From contig OZ024743.1 in NCBI GenBank assembly GCA_964016885.1, positions 327,546,001 through 327,610,000 of the forward strand: a DNA stretch of 64,000 nucleotides. The letters run 5' to 3'. Positions 53,445-64,000 of this stretch are shown in pieces. This DNA comes from Eledone cirrhosa (Eukaryota). The translations under genes and the position numbers were made by a program. The notes under the pieces were generated by a model that saw only the letters and a list, made by a program, of their open reading frames with translations, was not told the origin of the DNA and did no database searches. The stretch's first letter is position 1, and every line of letters begins with the position of its first letter.

Positions 53445-54822
53445 GTAAGTCAGTTTCTCTAGTCTTTTGTTATTGTACCGTACTATGATGTTGCATTTGT
53501 TTGGTCCTTGTGGCAGAAACGTTAGAACTCCAGAAAAGATACTTTGTGGAATTTAGAAACTTTTTTTTTAACTAATAAGAATTTAGTTACTTTTCCATTC
53601 TGAGTTTAAATCCTGCCAAGGATAGACTTTTATTTTTAACAACAAAAGAAATATATGCAGAGATAATTGTTTCTACTTTTGGCACAAGGCCAGCAATTAC
53701 CCAGTGCATTACTGGTACTTTATTTTATCGACCCAGTAAGGATGAAAGGCAAAGTTAACCTCGGCGGGATTTGAACTCAGATCATAAAGGGACGTAACTC
53801 TATGCTTCAAAGCATGGTGTGATATGAAATTATTGTGTACAGTGCTCAGGTGCACTACAACTCGTCAAAGGTGCATGTATAGTACATAGAATAATATACA
53901 GATGTCAGGGAAGTGAATAGTGTGAGTCATGATATACATGTGTGCGGGTTAATGGAGGGGGAATATTAGGTGTAGTGTTGGCGAATCTCAGGAAGCATGG
54001 AGGTTTTAAAGGATGCAGTGTCTCGACAGCTAATAACTGATGATACGTCTGTCCAAAAGATTTTAGTGCTTTAGTTGATGAAGTCACTGAAAAAATGCTA
54101 GCAAAGGATTTCGATGGTCCCCAAGAAATATATAAGAACAGGAATGTGGGATGTTCTGACTGACTTAGCTAGTAGGTATCTACCTGTGTGTGGGTAGGTA
54201 ATCCTGAATGCTTTTTAAATTTTATGTTATATCTTGTATTGATTATTATGTTTTATACACACATACACACACTGTTTTTCTTAATATTAGCCCTTTATGA
54301 TGAATAAAGAAATCATCATCATCATTCTTATTATTAGGGTGGTGGATTGGCAGTATCGGTAGGGTGCCAGACATGTTTTGCAGTATGTTATTTTTAACAG
54401 ATTATCACATATGTTTAGCAGATGGACAAAAAAGGTGTCCAGTTATTATATACAGAGAGAAAGAGAGCAATAGACAGATTACCATATTTCTAAAGAATAT
54501 TACTGCCTACCATTTTCAATTAACTTTGAAAATAATTAAGAATTTGGAGGAGTTTAGTAATATAGCTAACTTTCTCATTATGGAACTGATGTTTGGAATA
54601 TAACTTGAAGGTTCTTAAACAAAAATTATGATGGAAGGTTTTTATATAAATATAAGCACTTTAAAATTAATAGTTTTGTATTGTAAAACCTGATGCAGTT
54701 TCAAGCAATTTGATGTCAAATGGAATATATCAGTATTTTTATTTATCCTTAATCATTTCCTTATTATCTTCATTAATTCTAAACAATATTTTTTAAAAAA
54801 AATTCCCATTTTGTTTCCATAG

Positions 54823-54914
54823 ACATTATATATGAGCAAGTATTTTGATCAATTAAAAACTATACATTTGGTTGACACCATCTTAACTTCTGAATCTTTA
54901 CAGAGATTTATTCA
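54823..54914 (+). CDS. LRR protein exon
   Basis: TAG|TLYMSKYFDQLKTIHLVDTILTSESLQRFI|GTAAGT; phase 0/2. Confidence 0.78.
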
Positions 54915-56408
54915 GTAAGTATTCAATTGTTCTCTTTTTATGTGGATATATCACTCATCTTGGTATTTGTTCCAGCTTACTGTGTTCTGAGTTCAAATCC
55001 CACTGAGGTCAATTTTGTTGTTCATCCTTTCAAGGTCAATAAATAAAGTACGAGTTCAGTACTGATGCCGATTCTGCTTTTGTACTTTCTCTGTTTCTTC
55101 TTTCTTCTGGAAGAAATCATCTATGCTCAGGCATGGAAAAGGATAGGCTCCACTAGATTTAAAATGCCCAAGGTACACTGTGTGTCAGGAGTTAAGGGTC
55201 TTTTTTCTAGTAACACTTGTCAGGAAGTACTTTTTGAGGCAATGTTTTACAGCCAGATGCCCTTCCTGGTGTCAACTCTATTAGTTGCATCTTATGACAT
55301 GCAGAGATACAGTGTACATATTCTAATTTAAAGTAAGAGCGAGATGAGCATGGAAGAAATTCTGGGAACTGAGTGCCAATGAGGAGGCGAGAGCCACTGA
55401 AACTGAAAGGAATGGTGTATGCTGCATGCCTGAGAAGTGAGATGTGCATGATGAAGATAGAGAAGCAGAGAATGGTCAGGTAGATGAATTGAGTATTGCT
55501 CAGAGAGGGGAAGACAAACAATGAGTTGCAGAGAATGATGGGAATACAGTCAGTAATGAATGTTGTGAAAAGAAATGGAATGAGATAGTTGACTAATGCA
55601 TTGAGGAAGAATGAAAGTGCCTGGATGAGAGAAGTGATGGAAATGAATGTGGTCGGAAGTAGAGGACGGGGAAGACCAAAAGGTCATGGGTAAAGATGAT
55701 GGAGGTGGAAACAAAAGCTTGGTGGTTGGTGAGAGGTGATCCAAATGATGGCAAAAAATAGGGTAACTTGTCATGGTGTATACAAAGCTAATTCCTGCTG
55801 TATGAAAGAAAATGGTCATAAAAAACTTGTTGTTGCTATGTGAGTAGTAGGTTTCATGACCCATTATAATGTTGATGTACCATGTGTTGTATATCTAAGA
55901 CAGGTTAGCTTCGCAGAGCCCATTCCTGGATTTCAGTTCAGTGCTGCAAATAAATTTAACCAAACAACTGACAGTTATAATAATAATGATAATAATAAAA
56001 TTATTGTGTACAGTGCTCAGGTGCACTACAACTCCTCAAAGGTGCATTTATAGTACATAGAATAATGTTCAAATGTCAGTAAAAACAGTGTATAAGTCAT
56101 GAAATACATATGTGTGCGCGTGTATGGAGGGGGGGGGGAGACATCAGGTGCAGTGTTGGAAAATCACAGGAAGCATGGAGGTTTTAAAGGATGCAGTGTC
56201 TCGACAGCTAACAACTGATGCAGGTAGTTTGTTCCATGCTTCAGCAACTCTGATTCTTCTACTTATAAAATAAATCTTAAACTATTCATGGTATGAGAAT
56301 TTCTAAGTGTTCACTAAGCTCCTACAAATTGCTCGTCTTAAGTTGAAATTATATATGATTATTTTAGTTTACAGCTACTCTCTAATATACAGATTTCTAT
56401 CTTTGTAG

Positions 56409-56459
56409 AAATGTCCCAAAATGCACAGCACTGAGTGAAGTTTGCTTAGATTATAATGA
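56409..56459 (+). CDS. LRR protein exon (51 nt)
   Basis: TTTGTAG|(Q)NVPKCTALSEVCLDYN|GTAAGT; phase 2/2; LxxLxLxxN-like. Confidence 0.78.
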
Positions 56460-58713
56460 GTAAGTAACATAATTTCCTACTAATCCACATAGCTTCACGC
56501 ACACACATGCATGTACACAAACACACACACACAAACTATACCACATACCTTCACACACACATACATGTACACAAACACATACACACTATACAACATACCT
56601 CTCTAGCGCTCTCTAGACAAAGGGAACCTACCTCGGCTGATTCGGTCATTGCTTCTTCTATTCTTAAAAAACAGCCTGTCTCACCTAGTGAGGAAGCCAT
56701 GTTGAGAGCTATTGATGGGTTAACACGTCAAGTAGCTAAACTGTGCCGTGATCAAGCGCCACCTAGGCGGTGTTCACAAAGTCGGTCTTTTTCTTCTCAC
56801 CGACGTACCAACTCCCCAGCCAACAGTTCTTCTTTGTGTTGGTACCATGCACGTTTCAGTGATAAGGCACATCATTGTATCAAGCCCTGCTCTTTTGAGG
56901 GCATCGGAAAACTAAGTTTGGAGAGTCTGGGCACGGCAGACCTCTCCCTTAACATTTCACCTTATCGTGCTTTCTTCATCAGAGACCAAGTCTCAAACAA
57001 GTCATTCATAGTCGACACAGGATCAAGTTGCAGTATTTGGCCCTTACGGTTCAGCTCTACCAAGCAAACTTTTTCTGGCATTTCTTTGTATGCAGTGAAC
57101 CAGTCTCCTATAAAAACATATGGACAGATATCTTTATCATTGGAACTAGCTTTGTGTCGAGATTTTAAATGGATTTTAGTCATTGCCGACCTACCTCATC
57201 CTATTCTCGGTGCGGATTTCTTACAGCACTATTCACTTTTGGTAGATGTCAGGAAACAGAAGCTTGTGATAATACCACATCCTTATCTACACCTACTAGT
57301 AAATCTACCGCTGCTGCTGTCAGTCCATCGTTTTTTGTGGCTGCCGCTGGAAATCAGTTTCATGCACTCCTTACTTCATTTCCCAAGTTAACGGATATTT
57401 CATTTAAACCTACCAAGGCAGTCCACTTGACTCAACACTTCATTACAATGACTGGTCCACCTGTTTGCTCTCATCCACGAAGATTGGCTCCGGATAGACT
57501 AAAAAAAGCCCGAGACGAGTTCGAGCACATGCTCCAGCTCGGTCTAATACGACCTTCCACCAGCCCATGGGCATCTCCACTGCACTTGGCTTGAAAGGGT
57601 GAGGCAGATTTTAGACCGGTAGGAGATTACCGAAGACTTAACACTATCACTACACCTGATCATTATCCTTTACCCAACCTACAGGATTTTTCATCCGTTC
57701 TTCATGGATGCACGATATTTTCCAAAATAGATCTAATACGTGCATACCATCAAATACCCATGAATCCAGAGGATATACCAAAAACAGCTGTGACCACCCC
57801 TTTGGTTCATTTGAATTCCGGTCCATGCCTTTTGGTTTGTGGAATGCCTCTAGCACGTTCCAACATTTTATCGATGAAGTCATGTGTGGATTGGATTTTG
57901 TGTTTGCTTATGTGGATGACCTCCTAATAGCCAGCGACACAGCTGAACATCATCATCAACATCTATCTCAGTTATTTCAATGTCTTCAATCGTACCAGGT
58001 CAGAATCAACCCAGCTAAATGTGTGTTTGGTACAGCTTCACTGGAATTCCTAGGACATCTTATAGATTCAGAAGGCATTCGACCTCTGCCATCTAAGGTG
58101 GAAGCGATTCAGCGACCCCCCCCCCCCCCCCCCCACCTCATTGAGACAGTTACATCATTTCTTAGGATTAATAAACTTTTATCGTCATTTCATCCCTAAC
58201 TGTGTGGACAAGTTAAAGGCTGCGAAAAAAGAAAGATGCTCCCATTTCACTTTCTGCCGATGCTTTTCAATCTTTAGAATCCATCAAATCTGAAATAGCT
58301 AAAGTTTCCTTCCTGGCTCATCCTTTTGCGAACGCGAGGCTATCCTTAACTGTCGATGCGTCCGATCATGCTGTCGGAAAAGTCTTGCAACATACAATCA
58401 ACCACTAGTTTCAACCACTGGCGTTTTTCTCACGCCAACTAAAACCAGCAGAGCAACTTTACAGCACTTTTGACAGAGAGCTTTTAGCAGTTTATCTTGC
58501 TGTGAGACACTTCCACCATCTTCTTGAAGGTCGGGAGTTCACGGTATTCACAGACCATAAACCACTCACATTCGCTCTTCAATCCAAGTCCGACAGTTAC
58601 TCTCCGAGGACATATAGGCATTTGGATTTCATCTCCCAGTACACCAGTGACATTCGTCATATAGCTGCCAACGTACCCGTGGATGCACTGTCTCGTCTCC
58701 TGCACATATTGAT

Positions 58714-60012
58714 TTGGTTGCCATTGCGACTGACCAACCTTCTTTGGATTCTCTGGATACTTCTACCCAGTTTTCCTGCTGTAAGTTTGAATATTTACCT
58801 CTTCCGTCTGCTGAAGGAAAAATTCTTTGCAACATTTCTACTGGCTCACCCAGACCACTTGTTCCAGATTGTCATCAGCATACCATTTTTGATGCACTTC
58901 ATTCCTTGTCGCATCCCAGCATAGCTGCCACAGTGAAGCTTATCACAGCCCGATTCTTCTGGCCTAACATGCGTCGTTTAATCACCGGCTGGGCACGTTC
59001 TTGTTTGCAGTGTCAGCACTCTAAGGTTCATCGGCATGTTCGCGCTCCTCTTGGTAAATTCAGCCCGCTGGACACCTGTTTCCGTCACATTCACATGGAT
59101 ATTGTTGGTCCTTGGCCCATTAGTCGTGGGTTCACATATATATTGACCTGTATCGATCGTTTCTCTTGGTGGCCTGAAGCCATACCCATAGTGGACATAA
59201 CAGCCGAGTCCGTTGCCCGAGCTTTCATTTCCAATTGGGTTGCTCGCTTTGGTGTTCCTTCTAAAATAACCCCGGATCGGGGACGCCAGTTCCAGGCTTC
59301 CTTATTTCGTGAAATATCACGATTTTTGGGTGTTCATCACATTTATACGACCAGCTATCACCCAGCCTCCAACGGAATGGCGGAGAGGTTTCATAGACAG
59401 TTGAAAGCTGCACTCCGCGCTACTCCTGATCTGGAACGTTGGACCGAATTTTTGCCAATCGTGCTTCTTGGTTGTCGTTCTGCCGTTAAGACATATTTGG
59501 GTTTCTCCTCAGCTGAACTTCTTTACAGTACCACCTTGACTCTTCCCGGTCAAATGCTAGCACCGGTTGATTCATCGCATCTTGATCCAACATCACTTGT
59601 CACCAGGATTCGTTCTTACTTCTCGGATCTTCCACCAATGAACCTTTGTAACCAGTCTATTTCTTCTGCTGTTCCATCGGACATCTCTATGTGGACACAC
59701 ATTTTTATACGGAATGATTCCGTCAAAGGACCGCTTACATCACCCTATAATGGAGCTTTTCGTGTGCTTTCGCACACACCAAAACATTTCACAGTGGCTG
59801 TCAATGGTCGAAAAGAGACAATATCCATTGACAGAGCAAAGAGGGCTTTCTCTGAAAGTCTCATTACAATGCCTGATACACATTGTACATTCAATCCCAC
59901 ACCAACACCTTCACCTCCACCGCAAACACCACATACCACACAACCTTATGTCACACGAAGTGGCAGAACAGTAAAATGGCCACGTAAATTGTCAAAAACT
60001 ATATACATTTAA
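58714..60012 (+). pseudogene. Gypsy integrase reading frame (still open)
   Basis: HHCC zinc finger, DDE core and GPY/F-like module in one frame; upstream pol is broken by stops and frameshifts. Confidence 0.88.
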
Positions 60013-60368
60013 CCCCTAGTGGCATTAACAAACTCTTTTCAGTTTCAGATAGAATTAGTGTCAGAAAAGTCTATACACTGGTGATGTATGAACTATTTGA
60101 TTCTGAAAAAAACTTTGAACTTACCATTGAGCATTAATTTTTCTCTGCTCCTTTATGTTAACTTTGAATTATCAGTTTTGTTACATTTACATTTTTTCTT
60201 TGTAAAATGCATTTACTTTTTTGTGCTTTTTTGCTATTTGCTTCAGTTCCGAGCTCATGTTTTATTCATGCACTTTCTTGTACCTTTGTTTTGCTCCTCA
60301 TTTCTTACGGGTTCTCGCTACAATGACCTTTGGTTGATTATCCGACTTCTCGTCTGAGAGGGGAGTCT

Positions 60369-60818
60369 TGTAGCGCTCTCTAGACAAAGGGAAGTAGCTA
60401 GAGTTACTTCCTGTAGAATTTCTAGAACATTCCTTGAACTTCCGTTCCAGGTATTATAAAAGAAAGAGAAAACAACAATCTCTCTCTTTGACAACAGGCT
60501 CTCGAATTGACCACACCGAGCACAAATATGTTAAGCTTTTTCTAACCCTATCTTGTATTTCAGGATTACACTTCTATCATGTAGCAAGGTACGTTTTGTA
60601 ACCAAATTGTAATACACGCACTACAATAAATACCAATTGTTATTGATACTCGTTTTGAGATATTCGTCATGCTTCAATTATTACTTTGAATGTAGAGAGA
60701 TAATTCTAACCAAGGAAAATTACATAAAAGTTCTTCTATATCTTCTTTCAAATTAAATTAGTGGTTGGCATGCAGTGGTATTTACTGGAGTAAATGACCC
60801 AATGACCAATCCACTAAA
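60369..60818 (+). repeat. 3' LTR (~450 bp)
   Basis: Starts TGTAGCG after GAGAGGGGAG; contains TATTATAAAA and AATAAA; ends CTAAA (degenerate CTACA) next to the TSD. Confidence 0.8.
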
Positions 60819-61082
60819 CCTCCACACACATACATGTACAAAAACACACATACATACACTATACTACATACCTCCACACACACATGTACCATATATACAA
60901 ACACGCATACGCAAACTATACCTCATACCTTCACAAACATACACGTACACAAACACATACACACACTATACCACATACCTTCACACATACACACACTATA
61001 CCACATATCTTCACACACATACATGTACATAAACATATGCACACATTATAAAATGCAATAAAAATAATTTTTTCTCTTTCAG

Positions 61083-61223
61083 TATAAGTGTTGAACTCTG
61101 TAAATACCTAGCTGAATGCCTCAACAGAAATAGTATACTGATATCACTGAGTCTAAATTACTGTAACTTACCAAAGGAGTGTGGTGTTTACCTGGGCAAG
61201 ATCATTTGCAACTCAAAGGTCAG
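61083..61223 (+). CDS. LRR protein exon
   Basis: TTTCAG|(D)ISVELCKYLAECLNRNSILISLSLNYCNLPKECGVYLGKII...|GTAGGT; RNI-type ~28-aa repeat. Confidence 0.85.
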
Positions 61224-63030
61224 GTAGGTAATTACTGCATTCATTCAAGTAATAATTATCACTTATTAATAGAAAGGTATCAGCTGGAATTATTTGTAAG
61301 TCTGCTCATTAAGGATTAACCTGGTAAACCTAATTTCTTTTGATGTTCTATTGTTTCTGATACTCTAAAACTACCAATCATACAACAACAAACATTTTAA
61401 AGCTATTTTCTCTGATGAAACAGGGGTTAGCTTTGTTGAACTCATGGCAGATTCATACTTATTATGGAGTCCTTTTTGAGGCAATGTTTCACAGCAGGAT
61501 GCCCTTCCAGGTGCCAGTCCTTTTAGTTGCCTTGATGACATACAGGAATATGATGTGTCTACTTTAATCCAGATACAATACATGTGGATGATAATTATAA
61601 TGAGTTCTAATTTTGGTGAAGGTATTATTAGTTTAATTGACACAAATACTTGACATGCACAAGCCCTGGAAAGTGAAATGACAAAATTGATCCTGCTTTG
61701 GTACTTTAACTTAGTGCTTGAAGAGGCAAGAAACTGATCATCTGATCAGACCAAGTGAACCACGTTTCTATTGGCCATTCCATTGTTAGTATTATCTATC
61801 AATGGTAACTCCTGATCGAAGTGCTACCCCTTTTCTAGTGACAGTAGACAGAATTTGAATTCAAAATTCACAGAGCTGGAACAGATACGGCAAAGCATGT
61901 CATCTGATACTTTTAGTAGTTTTGTCAATCTACCATCTCTTGACTTGTACTTGGTTTATCAATGTCAAAAGGATGAAAGGCAAAAATTTCCATTGCTGAT
62001 ATTATATGCTGTTCATAATTCCAGACAGGATTTGACCTTGAAACACACAGAACAGGAACAGATATCACAAAGTATCTTGTTTAATGCTTTTAACAGTTGT
62101 GCCAGTCCACCACCCATGAACTAATATTTTATTTATTGACCACAAAAGGATGAAAAACAGAATTTACTTTGGTGGGATTTGAATTCAAAGTACAGAGGAC
62201 CTGAACTAAATACTAAGGAATTAAATCGATGTTTTAATGATTCCATTGTTTCAATGTAAAGAGACATAACTACCATATTTCCTGACATCAAAGATGATCT
62301 GACATTGTAAATACACACCCATTGTGAGTTGGTAAATTTTGAAAAAAAATCAAGTGGAATTTTGATTCATCTGTATACAGTTTGTAAAGTAGAGTAATAG
62401 ATTGGTGAATAAATAGATAGAGAGTGTGTGAGATGAGACGTTTACTCTTTTGTAGTAGTCACAAGAATTTCAACAAATGTGTTTATTTCATAACTTTTAA
62501 TAATGAAACTTATCAAGAAATTTAAGTAGGAATTCAAGTTAAAGTTTTGCATGAGACCCTAGGACAGATTATTCTGTTGTTTTGAAAAGAAGAGATGGTG
62601 CGGTAAGGTATACTTTTAATATATGTATGTTTGAAGAAGTATCATTATTCACTCTATGTGAATTCGAGTTTCAGTTAGTTTTTTTGGCTGCTACATTTTT
62701 AAGTTAACATGGTGCTGGGATAATAAAATACAAAAGCACTAAAAATGCAGAAAACAATAATACACTTATGTACGAATTAAGAAGTGCACTGGTAGAAGCT
62801 GACTGAACAGCCCCCAAAAATTATAGGTCAGTGTGGGAAATTCTGCAACGATTTTAATTTTTAAAAAAAGATGTAACATAAAAATAAAACTTGCACCTAA
62901 TGCGACTTCTGGCCTTCAAGATACAAGAGTAAATTTTCTAGATATTTATTGAAAACAAATAGTAAGATCCTTGACACTGAAGAATATGGCAATGTTATTT
63001 GTTTTGAGTTTCTTCTGTTATCTGTTTCAG

Positions 63031-63353
63031 TAGCCTCTATGTCAATGGTAATGATCTCCAGAGTGAAGGTATATTGGCAATGATTAAATCGTCTGCAACT
63101 TATGCTGAAATAAGCCTTCAAGTGAAAATGTTGTCTCAGAAAAGTAAAGTTGTGAAACCTGTGAGTACTACAAAAACTGTGAATATTATAAAAACTGAAG
63201 GTACGGTAAATACTGTAAATACCGAGAATACTGTAAATACCGAGAATACTGTAAATACCGAGAATACTGTAAATACCGAGAATACTGTAAATACCGAGAA
63301 TACTGTAAATACCAAGAATACTGTAAATACCGAGAAGACAACTACAAAGAAAG
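63031..63353 (+). CDS. LRR protein exon containing a 6-aa tandem repeat; gene continues beyond the window
   Basis: TTTCAG|SLYVNGNDLQSEGILAMIK...(NTVNTE)n...TTTKK G|GTGAGA; alternative same-phase donor at 63200. Confidence 0.75.
63209..63334 (+). repeat. 18-bp minisatellite, 7 copies (AATACTGTAAATACCGAG)
   Basis: Directly visible, one variant unit. Confidence 0.97.
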
Positions 63354-63429
63354 GTGAGATATTTTCTTTTTGTTTATCTGACCCCAATCCATACTGGAAA
63401 GTGGTAGTGCTGGTTCCAAGATAAACTAC

Positions 63430-64000
63430 ATCCAAAAGATCTGGAAGCTGAAAGACCCCTCAACCAGTATCAGATTTAAAGATATTTTACTCAACGCCTA
63501 CGACAGTAAAGAAGAACAGATAGAGACATTCAATGTAGAAGAGAACTGGGAGTTCCTAAAAAATAACTTACTAGAGGCGACGGATGAGGTCTGTGGCTGG
63601 AGTAAGACCACAAGCAGGAGGAGAGTGACTTGGTGGTGGAACAATAAGGTAGATGAGGCAGTTAAGGCCAAGAGACAGGCATGGAAAGAATGGAAGAACG
63701 GGGGGAGCAGGGTATATTACATAGAGACCAAGAGGGAAGCTAGGCGACAAGTATACTTAGCTAGGGGAAAAGCAGAGGATAAAAAATTCAAGCATGTTTT
63801 GCAACGTGAGGACCAGAAACAGGAGGTGTTCAAGATTGCGAGGCAGTGTGTCAGAGAGAATTGTGATGTCATTGGAGAGAAGTGTATCCGGAATGATAAA
63901 GGTGAGCTTGCCCTCACAAGTGCTGAGAAGAAAGATGCATGGAAGAGTCATTACGATAGATTACTAAATGAGGAGAATGCATGGAAAGAAGAGACCCTAC
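63430..64000 (+). mobile_element. RTE LINE internal fragment (EN-RT linker), runs off the window
   Basis: KIWKLKDP...VTWWWN...REARRQVY...WKSHYDRLLNEEN, homologous to 4400-4950. Confidence 0.9.

Larger units (their letters stand above)
56602..60818 (+). mobile_element. Gypsy/Ty3 LTR retrotransposon, 5'-deleted and decayed
   Basis: Gag end (CWYH...C...PC), protease (FIVDTGS), RT (YVDD), RNase H (TDHKPL), integrase (HHCC; [22 protein letters not shown]) in Gypsy order; polypurine tract before 60369; TSD CCTC at 56598-56601 and 60819-60822. Confidence 0.93.

Noticed and set aside
58115-58135. Programmed frameshift at long homopolymer runs (also G-run 47816-47831, C-run 22228-22252)
   Set aside because: More simply slippage expansion or sequencing error in decayed elements

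Overview
AT-rich eukaryotic genomic DNA with spliced genes, very long (TA)n/(TATG)n microsatellites and dense RTE LINE/SINE content. The repeat landscape most resembles a coleoid cephalopod (octopus-like) genome; this is an inference from repeat style, not verified. Three host genes were assembled by hand from GT-AG exons: LIPT2 (octanoyltransferase; 2 coding exons, +, 19430-25320, 290 aa), ELAC1/RNase Z short form (9 coding exons, -, 33107-46594, 367 aa), and a divergently oriented RNI-like leucine-rich-repeat gene (+, from about 49333/51834, running off the window). The rest is mostly mobile DNA: two near-full-length RTE-clade LINEs from different families plus many 3' fragments, three tRNA-derived SINE families, non-autonomous Helitrons, TTAA-flanked MITEs, CR1 and L1/Tx1 fragments, and a 5'-deleted Gypsy element. 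The most notable observations are: a PHD-type C4HC3 zinc finger inserted inside the RT domain of both RTE families; an RTE copy with twin-priming-like 5' inversion geometry; three local near-perfect foldback duplications in or beside genes; a Gly->Glu change in the LIPT2 PCG motif that one A-to-I edit would reverse; and an unexplained GC-rich ~195-nt ncRNA candidate in an ELAC1 intron. The long Tyr/Ile ORFs in the ORF track are microsatellite artefacts.
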